The translations under genes were made by a program, and so were the position numbers. This document shows positions 9,153 through 18,334 of a DNA stretch of 40,339 nucleotides, piece after piece. The DNA is from Actinomycetes bacterium (lineage in GTDB: Bacteria; Actinomycetota; Thermoleophilia; Gaiellales; Gaiellaceae), in contig JANNQQ010000110.1 of assembly GCA_031400835.1 (NCBI GenBank), forward strand, positions 1-40,339, given 5' to 3'. Within the stretch, counting starts at the first letter, position 1. Each line of letters starts with the position of its first letter. The notes beneath the pieces are model-generated. The model searched no databases. It saw only the letters and a list, made by a program, of their open reading frames with translations, and was not told the DNA's origin.

Positions 9153-10526
9153 ATGCGAGGAGCAATCGCGGCGGGGAGCCGACACACCGTCGAGGCCGGA
9201 AGCTGGGCCTTGCGAGAAGGTGGAACTGCCGTCGACGCAATCGTGGCAGCCACGCTCGCGGGCTTTGTCGCGGAGGGGCCGCTTACTGGTCCCGCCGGGG
9301 GAGGGTTCATGCTCGTCCGAGGTAGCGACGGCGAGACGATCGCGATCGACTGCTTCTTCGCAGTCCCGTCGGGGATGCACGGTGCCATGGACGAGGTTGT
9401 CATCGACTTCGGCGACGCCTCGACGCAGCTCTTTCACGTGGGGGAGGCCTCGGTCGCAGTCCCTGGGCTGATTCAAGGCCTCGTCCATGCCCACACGAGG
9501 ATGGGGCGACTTCCCTGGAGAACGCTCTTCACCCCGGCGCTGGCGTTGGCGCAGACGGGGATCGAGGTCGGCCCGGAGCAGGCATTCCTGCATGAGATCC
9601 TCATCCCGATCCTCCAACGCGAAGAGGGTGGCCGGTATCTGTACGGGACACCCGGACGAGTGACCACCGACGTCCTCGTCCCGACGCTCGCGCTCATCCG
9701 CGACGCCGGCATCGAGGCTGTCTATGAACTGTTCCCTGCCCTTGGCTCTGATCTCGAGCGGTACGCGGTCACCGAGGGAGTTCCGCTGGGGACGAGCTTC
9801 GGCGGGGCGGCCGTGCTCACGACACCGTCCCCCTCGCGTGGTGGGGAGATCGTCCTTCGCGGGCTCGATCGTCTCGAGGCAGACGGCGTGCGTGGGGCAC
9901 CCGGCAGCGTCGACGAAGCGCTCGGTCTGGCCCGTGCGCTGGCAGACGGATATGCAACCGCGCCGCACGGCTCTGCCAGAGGCAAGAAGCCAACCGGGAC
10001 GACGCACGTATCGGTGGTCGATGTCGACGGAGCCGTGGCCGCGCTCTCCTCGACCCTTGGCTCGGGTTCCGGTGTGTTCCGGCATGGCTTCCAGCTCAAC
10101 AACATGCTCGGCGAGCTCGACGTCATCGGAGACGAGCCCCAGGATCCGGGAACACGGCTCCCAAGCATGATGACCCCGACGATCGCCCTGGTGGACAACG
10201 TTCCTCGCCTCGTCGTCGGGAGCGCAGGTTCTGTCCGGCTCGCGGGCGCGATCATGCAGGTAACCGCGTCGGTCGTCGGGCGTGGTCTCCCTGTCGGCGA
10301 GGCGATCGAGCGCCCGCGGCTGCATGTCGACGGCCACATCGTCCATGTCGAGGGAGGTTGGGACGACAGGGTCGCGGACGGACTCGCCGAGGCAGGCTGG
10401 GAGGTCGTCCCCTGGGCGGCCAGGAACCTCTTCTTCGGTGGGACGAGCGCGGTTGCCTTGCTTCCCGGCGCACGTGTGGCCGCTGCTGGTGACCCGCGTC
10501 GCGGCGGACACGGCGCCGTCGTGTAG
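9153..10526 (+). CDS. ggt: gamma-glutamyltransferase family protein
   Basis: GG.AVDA, GGGFM, catalytic TTHVSVVD, LNNMLGE, SMMTPT, C-terminal GDPRRGG. Confidence 0.9.
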   Translation: MRGAIAAGSRHTVEAGSWALREGGTAVDAIVAATLAGFVAEGPLTGPAGGGFMLVRGSDGETIAIDCFFAVPSGMHGAMDEVVIDFGDASTQLFHVGEASVAVPGLIQGLVHAHTRMGRLPWRTLFTPALALAQTGIEVGPEQAFLHEILIPILQREEGGRYLYGTPGRVTTDVLVPTLALIRDAGIEAVYELFPALGSDLERYAVTEGVPLGTSFGGAAVLTTPSPSRGGEIVLRGLDRLEADGVRGAPGSVDEALGLARALADGYATAPHGSARGKKPTGTTHVSVVDVDGAVAALSSTLGSGSGVFRHGFQLNNMLGELDVIGDEPQDPGTRLPSMMTPTIALVDNVPRLVVGSAGSVRLAGAIMQVTASVVGRGLPVGEAIERPRLHVDGHIVHVEGGWDDRVADGLAEAGWEVVPWAARNLFFGGTSAVALLPGARVAAAGDPRRGGHGAVV

Positions 10527-10537
10527 AGCCGTACGTC

Positions 10538-10828
10538 TCACTGAGTGAGCCTCGTTATGCTCCCGGGAGGCAACACGCCCTCCATCTCAAGCGCGGTGGT
10601 CAGCATCCTGCGCACCTCGTCCTCGTGTCGAGGATCCCAAAGGCCGTAGCCGCCCACGGTGCCGCCCGTCTCGCGGACGAGGGAGATCAGCTCGCCAATG
10701 GTGAGCTCAGAGGCCTCCAGCCCACCGTTATACGGCGCGGGATTCCAGGCTGTGGGCGGAAGAAGGTTAGGGAACGGCCGATCGGGCGGGGTTCTCCCTG
10801 TGCGGTGTCGACGTCCTCTGTTGTCCAT
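10538..10828 (-). CDS. hypothetical protein
   Basis: 96-aa ORF filling the gap between ggt and the phosphatase. No motif recognised. Confidence 0.5.
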   Translation of the reverse strand: MDNRGRRHRTGRTPPDRPFPNLLPPTAWNPAPYNGGLEASELTIGELISLVRETGGTVGGYGLWDPRHEDEVRRMLTTALEMEGVLPPGSITRLTQ

Positions 10829-10916
10829 GAAGAGATCAGAGCATGAGAGGTATGACGTCTGTGTGCCGACTTTGTGTCAACTTCGTGACGGCGATCGAAG
10901 ATCGGTGATCGCGCCG

Positions 10917-11408
10917 CTACTGACCGGGCTTCCAGCTTGTCACCATCGCTCGCTGCGCGGTCGTCTGCGGGGACGGCATGAACGAGTCGAGCACGAGCCG
11001 GCGTAGCTCTTCGATGGTGCGGATCGCGTCACCCTGGTCGAGCTCATGACGGACGAGCCAGCAACCCACCACAGTTCCCGTTCTCCCGAGTCCGGCCCAG
11101 CAGTGGATATACACCCGCTCTCCAGCAGACCGTGCCGAGTCGATGTCGTCAAGGATCCGCATCATGTGTGGGATCGTCGTGGTTCCCATGTCCGTGATCG
11201 CGTGGGCGAGCCTCCGCCCTTCGCGAAGAAGCGGCTCGTATGGCTCGAGGAGATCGGCCGGGTGGGTGAGATCGACGAAGGTGGTGATCCGGTGGGCTTC
11301 GAACTGCGCGATCCTGCGCGCCGCCTCATCGGGGTCGGTAGCGCCGGGATACTCGCCGGCGACGACGCCGTCGGCGACGTTGTAGGAGTCGCGAATAGGC
11401 AGGCTCAT
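10917..11408 (-). CDS. dual-specificity/protein-tyrosine phosphatase family protein
   Basis: CX5R active site YIHCWAGLGRTG, with AGEYP and PQT..Q motifs. Confidence 0.9.
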   Translation of the reverse strand: MSLPIRDSYNVADGVVAGEYPGATDPDEAARRIAQFEAHRITTFVDLTHPADLLEPYEPLLREGRRLAHAITDMGTTTIPHMMRILDDIDSARSAGERVYIHCWAGLGRTGTVVGCWLVRHELDQGDAIRTIEELRRLVLDSFMPSPQTTAQRAMVTSWKPGQ

Positions 11409-11445
11409 GGGAACGCCTCAAGGCGTCTTGCTCGGCTTTGGGTGG

Positions 11446-11592
11446 TCACGTGAAGATCACGGGCATGACGGGTCCTTCGCGGTCGACGAAACGATGCCCG
11501 ACGGGTGCGGCCACGGACGCCTGGTCCCTAACGGCGAGCTCCGGGAGGTGGCGCAGCTGCGCGCTTGCCTCGTGGATATCCGCCCGTCGCAT
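11446..11592 (-). pseudogene. degenerate Phd/YefM-like antitoxin ORF (48 aa)
   Basis: MRRADIHEASAQLRHLPELA resembles the Phd/YefM N-terminus (M..vNIHEAKtqLs.Lve.a). TAGCGT -10 lies 7 nt upstream. No toxin gene is adjacent. Confidence 0.45.
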
Positions 11593-11612
11593 CGGTGTGA
11601 CGCTACACGGTG

Positions 11613-12236
11613 TCAGCTCGGCCGCTCGCGGCCGCGTACGACCTGCCAAGCAACCGACGACGAGAACCCTCGACGGGTGAGAAAGGCCGCCGCTTTCCGC
11701 CGGCCCGCGTCGTCAACACCGAACGAGCGTGACCCAAGCGCAGCCTTGGCGAGGACTGCCTCATCGGCTGAACCAAACGCCTCGTCAAGTGCGTCCTGGG
11801 CGAGGTCTCGGGCAATCAGACGCGCGGTCAGACCCTGCGCGGCGCGCCGACGGCCGTAGCCGCGGTCACGAAAGCCGCGGGCCAGCTGGCCCGCCAGCTC
11901 CACGTCGTCGAGGTAGCGGTACTCCGTTGCGAGCACGATCGTCTCGTCGATCACGTGCTCGGGGATCTCGCGCGCGGCAAGCTTCTTGCGGATCTCGGCG
12001 ACCGACTGCGCGCGCGCAGCGAGGGAGCGGACAGCAAAGAGGCGGGCGCGGGTACGGCCGAGCGCCTCTTCCACCGCTGCCTGCGCGCCTTCCGAGAGAT
12101 CGGTTCCTTCCCGGACTGGAAGGTCGGCGAGCTCGTCGGCGGTGACCTGGAGCCACGCCTGGTCGTCGAGGAGTAGTCGGATCGCGCGACCGGCACGACC
12201 GGTCGTGGGCGTCCGGTCGACCGTTACGATCGCCAT
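11613..12236 (-). CDS. recX: regulatory protein RecX
   Basis: A.RSLAARAQS..EIRKKL, YLDD..LA, GYG.RR, FL.RRGFS repeats. ATG 12236 lies 6 nt after TACGAT. Confidence 0.85.
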   Translation of the reverse strand: MAIVTVDRTPTTGRAGRAIRLLLDDQAWLQVTADELADLPVREGTDLSEGAQAAVEEALGRTRARLFAVRSLAARAQSVAEIRKKLAAREIPEHVIDETIVLATEYRYLDDVELAGQLARGFRDRGYGRRRAAQGLTARLIARDLAQDALDEAFGSADEAVLAKAALGSRSFGVDDAGRRKAAAFLTRRGFSSSVAWQVVRGRERPS

Positions 12237-12339
12237 CTCTTGATCGTAGGCCGACACACGCCAATCGGCTAGGCGGCCAACTTCGTGCCGAAGCGCACGA
12301 ACTTGGGTCGTCCTTCTGGGGAAGTAGGATGGCCCTCCC

Positions 12340-15300
12340 GTGAGTGCTCCGTTCGTCCACCTGCACGTCCACTCCGAGTACTCGATCCTCGATGGGGCGT
12401 GTCGCATCCCCGCACTGGCCGAAAAGGCAGCGCGACTCGAGATGCCAGCGGTGTCGCTCACTGACCACGGATCGATGGCTGGAATGGTCGATCTCTTCAA
12501 GGCTGCTGGCGCGCAAGGGGTCAAGCCGATCATCGGATGCGAGGTGTACGTCGTCGACGATCGGATGAAGCACCACAAAGGTCATGCGCACCTCACGCTG
12601 CTGGCGTCCGACAACACCGGGTACGGCAACCTGATCAAGCTCTGCTCCCTCGGGTACCTCGAGGGCTACTACTACAAGCCGCGCGTCGACTGGGAGCTTC
12701 TTGAGCGTTACGCGCCAGGAATGATCGCTCTCTCAGGGTGTCTCTCAAGTCGTGTCTCACGTGCGATCTCCGAAGGGCGCGATCGTGACGCAGAGCAAGA
12801 GCTCGACCGACTCGAGCAGCTTTTCGGGCACGACAATGTCTATGTCGAGCTCCAGAACGCCGGTCTGGACATCCAGCAGCCGGTGTTCAATCAACTTCCG
12901 GCGCTCGCCGCAAAGCGCGGGCTCCCGCTTGTCGCAACGGGCGATGTGCACTATCTCGATGCGACCGATGCGTACGCCCACGAGGCGCTGCTCTGCATCC
13001 AGTCGGCCGACTCGCTGAAGAACCCGAACCACTGGAAGTTCGGAGCGAATGAGTTCTACTTCAAGACGCCGGCGGAGATGGCGCTCGATTTTCCTGGTCA
13101 CGAGGACGCGATGCGACGCTCGCTCGAGGTCGCCGACCGGTGCAACGTCGAAATCGAGCTCGATCGCATCCTCCTGCCGAAGTTCCCCGTGCCGGACGGA
13201 CGTGACGCGTCCGACTACCTCGTCGAGCTCTCCGAGGCAGGTCTGCTCAAGCGCTACGGGGCATCGACGCCCGAGCTCGAGGATCGGCTGAAGTTCGAGC
13301 TCAAGACGATCCACGAAATGGGCTTCGCCGACTACTTCCTTATCGTCGCTGACTTCATCGGGTTTGCGAAGCGGGATGGCGTCTCTGTGGGGCCGGGCCG
13401 CGGCTCGGCGGCAGGCTCGCTCGTGGCGTACTGCCTGGGCATCACCGACATCGATCCCCTGCGCTACGGGCTCCTCTTCGAGCGATTCCTCAATCCCGCG
13501 CGCAAGGACATGCCCGACATGGACATCGACTTCGCGGTCGAGGGTAGGGAACGCGTCATCAACTACGTCGCCGAGAAGTACGGCCGCGATCGCGTCGCGC
13601 AGATCATCACCTTCTCGACGATGGCCGCGCGGGCCGCGATTCGCGACGCCGGTCGCGTGCTCGAGATCCCGTACGGCGTCGTCGACCGCATCGCGAAGCT
13701 CGTCCCCGAAGGGCCAGGGCAGACCCTTGAGGTTGCCATGGCGAGTGGCGCCGAACTGCGCAAGGTTGTCGACGCCGATCCCGTGGCAAAGGAGATCATC
13801 GATCTCGCTCGCCCACTCGAAGGGCTGACACGCGCCGATTCGATCCACGCCGCCGGGGTTGTCATCGGCGCGCAGCCTCTGATCGAGGTCGTGCCCCTCC
13901 AGCAGAAAGGCCCCGACGCCGAGATCGTGACCCAGGTCTCGATGAAGAACGTCGAGGCGCTCGGGCTGCTCAAGGTCGACTTCCTCGGGCTGCGGAACCT
14001 CGACGTGATTGACAAGGCGGTCGCGCTGATCGGCGGGGGGCTCGATATCGGAACGCTCCCGCTCGACGATCGCAAGACCTACGAGATGCTCGCGCGAGCC
14101 GACTCGACCGGTGTCTTCCAGTTCGAGTCATCCGGGATGCGCGACGCCTTGCGCGCCGTAAAGCCCACCGTCTTTGAGGACATGATCGCGCTGGTCGCTC
14201 TCTATCGCCCGGGGCCGATGCAGTACATCCCGAGCTACGCAGCGCGGAAGAACGGTCGTGAGCAGGTGTCCTATATCGACCCACGTCTCAAGCCGATCAC
14301 CGGAGATTCGTACGGGATCTGCATCTACCAGGAGCAGTACATGCAGATCGCGAAGCAGCTCGCGGGCTTCGAGCCTGCGGAGGCCGAGACGCTTAGACGC
14401 GCGATCGGCAAGAAGATCCACGAGCTGATGGCCTCCCTCAAGGGGAAGTTCCTGAACGGCTGCGCCGCCAACGACGTTCCTCCGAGCGTCGCCGACCAGC
14501 TGTGGAAGGACATGGAGTCGTCGCAGGACTACTCGTTCAACAAGGCGCATTCGGCCTGTTACGCGCTGATCGCCTATCGCACCGCCTGGCTGAAGGCGAA
14601 CCATCCGTGCGAGTACATGGCGGCGCTGATCTCGAGCGTGATGAACACGAAGGACCGCGTGCCGATCTATGTCAACGCGTGTGACGAGATGGGTATCGAG
14701 GTACTGCCACCCGATGTCAACTCCTCTCAGGTCGACTTCGCCGTTGTCGAGGGGAAGATCCGCTTTGGTCTCAACGCGGTGAAGAACGTTGGGGAGGCGG
14801 CGGCCGCCAAGATCGTCGCGGCCCGCGATGACGGCGACCCCTTCACGTCAATCTGGGAGTTCACCGAGCGCGTCGATCCGCAGGTCGTCAACAAGCGCTC
14901 GCTCGAGTCGCTCGTGAAGTGCGGAGCGCTCGATTCGACGGGCGCTTCGCGGATGGGGATGCTCGCCGTGCTCGAGCAGGCGCTCGGACACGGGCAGAAG
15001 CTCGCTGCCGACCGGCTGATGGGACAGTCGTCGCTCTTCGATGGCGCCTTCGGTGAGACCGAGAGCGCCGTTACATCACATCATCCCGCGATCCCGCCCG
15101 GAGAGTTCGAGAAGAGCGAGCTCCTGCGGCTTGAGAAGGAGACCCTTGGGCTCTACGTCTCCGAGCATCCGCTCGCTGCTGTCCGCGACCAGCTTCGCCG
15201 CAAGACCGACGCAACGCTTGGCGAGCTCGAGCGTCGCCGAGACGGAGAGGTGGTCACCATCGGTGGAATCGTGTCGGGGGTCAAGCAGGTCACGACAAAG

Positions 15301-15732
15301 CGCGGCGACATCATGGTATTCCTCCAACTCGACGACCCGACTGGGTCGGCAGAGGTGGTTGTCTTTCATACCGCCTACAACCTCGCACCCGACCTTTGCA
15401 CGACCGACCGCATCGTGATCGTCAAGGGCCGTGTCGATCACAAGCAGGCGGGTGAGACCAAGGTCATTGCGACCGAGCTGTCCGCATTCTCCGCGGTAGC
15501 CGAACGTCGCGAGGTGCGGTTCGCGCTCGATGCCCGACAGGCGCCGGCGGGTGTGATTCGCGAGCTCGCGCGGCTCGTCAAGGAGTACCCGGGTGAGTCG
15601 CCGGTGTTTCTTTCGCTCGACACCTCTGAGGGGCCGAAGACCTATGCTCTCGGCCCCGAGTTCAAGGTCAGGCCCGACTCCGATTTCCTCGCGGAGGCAA
15701 AGGCACTCCTGGGAGGGGCGTCCGTTGTGTAG
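12340..15732 (+). CDS. dnaE: DNA polymerase III alpha subunit
   Basis: PHP domain HLHVHSEYS.LDG, GRGSAAGS, FERFLNP, PDMDIDF, FNKAHS and a C-terminal OB fold. Confidence 0.98.
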   Translation: MSAPFVHLHVHSEYSILDGACRIPALAEKAARLEMPAVSLTDHGSMAGMVDLFKAAGAQGVKPIIGCEVYVVDDRMKHHKGHAHLTLLASDNTGYGNLIKLCSLGYLEGYYYKPRVDWELLERYAPGMIALSGCLSSRVSRAISEGRDRDAEQELDRLEQLFGHDNVYVELQNAGLDIQQPVFNQLPALAAKRGLPLVATGDVHYLDATDAYAHEALLCIQSADSLKNPNHWKFGANEFYFKTPAEMALDFPGHEDAMRRSLEVADRCNVEIELDRILLPKFPVPDGRDASDYLVELSEAGLLKRYGASTPELEDRLKFELKTIHEMGFADYFLIVADFIGFAKRDGVSVGPGRGSAAGSLVAYCLGITDIDPLRYGLLFERFLNPARKDMPDMDIDFAVEGRERVINYVAEKYGRDRVAQIITFSTMAARAAIRDAGRVLEIPYGVVDRIAKLVPEGPGQTLEVAMASGAELRKVVDADPVAKEIIDLARPLEGLTRADSIHAAGVVIGAQPLIEVVPLQQKGPDAEIVTQVSMKNVEALGLLKVDFLGLRNLDVIDKAVALIGGGLDIGTLPLDDRKTYEMLARADSTGVFQFESSGMRDALRAVKPTVFEDMIALVALYRPGPMQYIPSYAARKNGREQVSYIDPRLKPITGDSYGICIYQEQYMQIAKQLAGFEPAEAETLRRAIGKKIHELMASLKGKFLNGCAANDVPPSVADQLWKDMESSQDYSFNKAHSACYALIAYRTAWLKANHPCEYMAALISSVMNTKDRVPIYVNACDEMGIEVLPPDVNSSQVDFAVVEGKIRFGLNAVKNVGEAAAAKIVAARDDGDPFTSIWEFTERVDPQVVNKRSLESLVKCGALDSTGASRMGMLAVLEQALGHGQKLAADRLMGQSSLFDGAFGETESAVTSHHPAIPPGEFEKSELLRLEKETLGLYVSEHPLAAVRDQLRRKTDATLGELERRRDGEVVTIGGIVSGVKQVTTKRGDIMVFLQLDDPTGSAEVVVFHTAYNLAPDLCTTDRIVIVKGRVDHKQAGETKVIATELSAFSAVAERREVRFALDARQAPAGVIRELARLVKEYPGESPVFLSLDTSEGPKTYALGPEFKVRPDSDFLAEAKALLGGASVV

Positions 15733-15768
15733 GGCCGCCTGGCGTTTACCGCTGTTTCGGCGGCCTAC
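15729..15768. terminator. GC-rich hairpin after dnaE, between convergent genes
   Basis: GTAGG(G)CCGCC ... GGCGGCCTAC inverted repeat at the dnaE stop. Confidence 0.45.
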
Positions 15769-15796
15769 GAGTTAGAGGACGCTGGCGCAGGCGGTC
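15766..15796 (+). repeat. cassette-boundary site copy 0 (degenerate, mostly right arm)
   Basis: TACGAGTTAGAGGACGCTGGCGCAGGCGGTC: right half matches the consensus CRCTGGCGCAGGCG, left half has diverged. Confidence 0.5.
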
Positions 15797-15840
15797 GTCT
15801 GTCGGGAGCCTTGGGCATGAACGGCGATCTGGGGCTTCGC

Positions 15841-16191
15841 TCAGTTGCCCACCGCTGGGTCGGGCATGAACTCGCGGACCTCTTGAGCACAGCGGCAGGC
15901 GGCTGCGATCTTCGCGGCCCACTCCAAGGCTGCCTCCCGAGAGGTCACGTCGATGACCGTGAACCCGCCGTTGAACTCCTTGGTCTGCGGGTACGTGCCA
16001 GCGGTGGTCGTACCGTCACCGGCCACCATGACGGGATCCACGTTCTCGGCCAACCCGCCGCCGAACACCCACACACCTGCGTCCATGGCCTCCTGGACCA
16101 CCGCATGAGCAGCCTCTCCCACGGCGGGGAGCTCCTCAGCAGGGATGTGGTCCATCGCGCCGCTGGGGAACGAAATCAGGTACCGCGTCAT
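15841..16191 (-). CDS. YciI/DGPF-family protein
   Basis: AGVWVFGGGL...DG....G.YPQTKEF.GGF.VIDV.SREAALEWA.K.A..C...EVREF. Confidence 0.88.
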   Translation of the reverse strand: MTRYLISFPSGAMDHIPAEELPAVGEAAHAVVQEAMDAGVWVFGGGLAENVDPVMVAGDGTTTAGTYPQTKEFNGGFTVIDVTSREAALEWAAKIAAACRCAQEVREFMPDPAVGN

Positions 16192-16311
16192 CTCAGACTC
16201 CTTTCTCGGTGGCCTGCTCCGGCCGCATCTCAGCCTCGCCCGTACGCGGCAGAGTCTGACAAACCACCGAGACTCATCGCTGCTCCGGCCGATCCGGGTT
16301 CACCTCGTCAT

Positions 16312-16342
16312 GCGTCATTCCCGAACGCTGGCCCATCCGAAT
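16312..16342 (+). repeat. cassette-boundary site copy 1
   Basis: GCGTCATTCCCGAACGCTGGCCCATCCGAAT, ungapped match to consensus. Confidence 0.65.
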
Positions 16343-16443
16343 ACTCGTGTTGCGCACCATTTCTTGGGGTTTGCCGCAATTCCGTCGATGTCCGTATCGT
16401 TTCTGGTGCCGACAACTGGATCAAATCGACTGGAGAGGCTGCT

Positions 16444-17076
16444 GTGGCTTATCAAGTGGCGAGTGTCGACGACTTGCAGGAGATCGACTACCGGCAGGAC
16501 ACGCGTATGCGTCCGGTGCGTCACCACTTCGGGATCACCGCTTTCGGGACGAACGCTTGGACAGCTGCAAACGTGGGTGATCGGCTGATGCCCGAACACG
16601 AGGAGGACGAGGGTAGTGAAGAGCTCTACATCGTGCTTCGCGGCCGCGCTCGATTCGAGATAGACGGAAACACCGTTGACGCACCGCAGGGAACGCTGGT
16701 GTTCGTCCAGCCGTTGGTGAACCGCACCGCCTACGCGGAGGAGCCGCAAACAGTCGTGCTCGCGGTCGGCAGCACCGTCGGGAAGCCGTATGAGGCCGGT
16801 GGCTGGGAGGTCTGGGCCGAGTTCCATCCAGCCTACGAAGCCGGCGACTACGGCGGCGTGGTTGAACGGGGGCGGAGCTCCCTCGAAGCGAGCGGCTACG
16901 CGACACCGCTTTACAACCTTGCTTGTTGCGAGGCATTCACTGGTCAGACCGAGGAGGCGATCGAACATCTACGCGTTGCGTTCGAGCGGCGGCCCAGCCT
17001 TCGCGAGATCGCTATGGAAGACAGTGATCTCGATCCCCTCCGGAACGAGCGCGCGTTCATCCAACTCTTCGGCTAA
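16444..17076 (+). CDS. cupin domain plus TPR-like C-terminal domain protein
   Basis: GTG 16444 follows GGAGAGG. VRHHFGITAFG.NA, EHEE...EELYIVL.G, then YNLAC.EA..G...EA..HL..A......A..DSDL..LR. Confidence 0.85.
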   Translation: MAYQVASVDDLQEIDYRQDTRMRPVRHHFGITAFGTNAWTAANVGDRLMPEHEEDEGSEELYIVLRGRARFEIDGNTVDAPQGTLVFVQPLVNRTAYAEEPQTVVLAVGSTVGKPYEAGGWEVWAEFHPAYEAGDYGGVVERGRSSLEASGYATPLYNLACCEAFTGQTEEAIEHLRVAFERRPSLREIAMEDSDLDPLRNERAFIQLFG

Positions 17077-17149
17077 AACGAGCGCGGCTGATGGAAGTCG
17101 CTTAGACCGCACACGGCTGACCACGTATAGCCAGTCGGCTCGCGCGCGG

Positions 17150-17180
17150 GTGGCATTCCGAAACACTGGCTCAGGCGAGC
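17150..17180 (+). repeat. cassette-boundary site copy 2
   Basis: GTGGCATTCCGAAACACTGGCTCAGGCGAGC. Confidence 0.8.
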
Positions 17181-17279
17181 GAGCGCCGCTTCGGGTGGCT
17201 GTGATAGATACCGCGTGTGTCTGGATCAACCTCTGAGCACCGGCAGCTGACCGCAGCGACGCTTGTGACGACTTTGGGC

Positions 17280-17396
17280 CGACCCCGGGCTGAGGGTGAG
17301 GCTGCAGGCACCCCGGAAACGCTGCTGCGCATCAGCGTCGGTATCGAGGACATCGACGACCTCTGGTATGCCCTCGAACAGGCACTAGACCGATGA
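17280..17396 (+). pseudogene. 3' fragment of a Cys/Met-metabolism PLP enzyme (cystathionine gamma-synthase/lyase-like)
   Basis: Translates ...GTPETLLRISVGIEDIDDLWYALEQALDR*, the conserved C-terminus of this family. Its stop overlaps the next ATG (ATGA). The rest of the gene is absent. Confidence 0.8.
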
Positions 17397-18241
17397 CGAA
17401 CCTCACACTCCCAGCGGTCGCCGACGCCTTCGCACGGGTTACCGCAGAAGCCTTCAGCCTTCCCGAGAGCGCGGTGCCCGCACCGGAGGGAGAGCGTCTG
17501 GTCGCGCTGATGAACGACTGGCTCGCGACACGGAACTGGCGGTTCGCCTACGTCAGAGACCCGCAGACGTTCGCCTGGCCCGGCAGCTGGATCGCCCTCG
17601 CAGCCGACGAACGATCGCCGACCAGTTGGCGTCCTGTGCTCATGTTCGGTGATCCCTCAGGGCCACTCCACGACCCGCTCGGCAGCGGGGAAGGACTCGA
17701 AATCATGCACGGCCTACTCCCCGTCCCGATGGACCGACGCGGATGGCGAACGGACTTCTCGATCGCCGATCGCACTCAGACGAACGTCGGGCAGGTCGTG
17801 GCGTTGATGACTGCACCGCGTGACGCCGCTGATGCGATCGCGCACCCGTCGGTCACTGCGCGTCCCGGCGGAATCGACGGCGACCGCTACCAGGACGGAA
17901 CCGGAACCTTCTCGACCGTCCCTCGCCGCGTTGGCCAGGACATCACCTTGATCGAATCCGAAGCACTCGCCGAGCTCAAAGCGAGCGGGAGATCCATCGC
18001 CCCTGAGCAAGCTCGCCGCAACGTCGTTACCCGCGGCATCGACCTCGACGCCCTGATCGGCAAGCACTTCCGCATCGGCGAGGTTCGCTGCCTTGGTCAA
18101 CGCCGCGCCGAACCATGCGCCCACCTCGAACGACTCACTCCGGGCACACTCCGTGGCCTTGTCCATCGAGGCGGCATCCGAGCTGACATCCTCGACGCAG
18201 GAACCATCAGCATTGGCGACGAGATCCACGAAGTGACCTAG
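17393..18241 (+). CDS. MOSC domain-containing protein with extra N-terminal region
   Basis: GIDGDRY, ITLIESE, RRNVVTRGIDL..L.GK.F.IG, EPCAHLE, RGGIRA.IL..G.I..GD. Confidence 0.88.
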   Translation: MTNLTLPAVADAFARVTAEAFSLPESAVPAPEGERLVALMNDWLATRNWRFAYVRDPQTFAWPGSWIALAADERSPTSWRPVLMFGDPSGPLHDPLGSGEGLEIMHGLLPVPMDRRGWRTDFSIADRTQTNVGQVVALMTAPRDAADAIAHPSVTARPGGIDGDRYQDGTGTFSTVPRRVGQDITLIESEALAELKASGRSIAPEQARRNVVTRGIDLDALIGKHFRIGEVRCLGQRRAEPCAHLERLTPGTLRGLVHRGGIRADILDAGTISIGDEIHEVT

Positions 18242-18286
18242 CGCGCTCCACAGCCGAACGCTCTATCAGGCCGGCCCGCGGGGCGG

Positions 18287-18317
18287 GTGACATTCCCGGG
18301 CACTGGCGCAGGCGAGC
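18287..18317 (+). repeat. cassette-boundary site copy 3
   Basis: GTGACATTCCCGGGCACTGGCGCAGGCGAGC (equals the consensus). Confidence 0.85.
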
Positions 18318-18334
18318 CTGTTAGGTTCGGTGGC

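Noticed and set aside
12340-15732. dnaE as error-prone DnaE2 or an intein-containing gene
   Set aside because: It has an intact PHP motif, normal length, no imuA/imuB neighbours and no visible insertion, consistent with the replicative DnaE.
15811-16443. N-terminal 211 aa of the listed 421-aa ORF
   Set aside because: It is the antisense shadow of the YciI gene plus intergenic DNA. The real gene starts at GTG 16444 after a ribosome-binding site.
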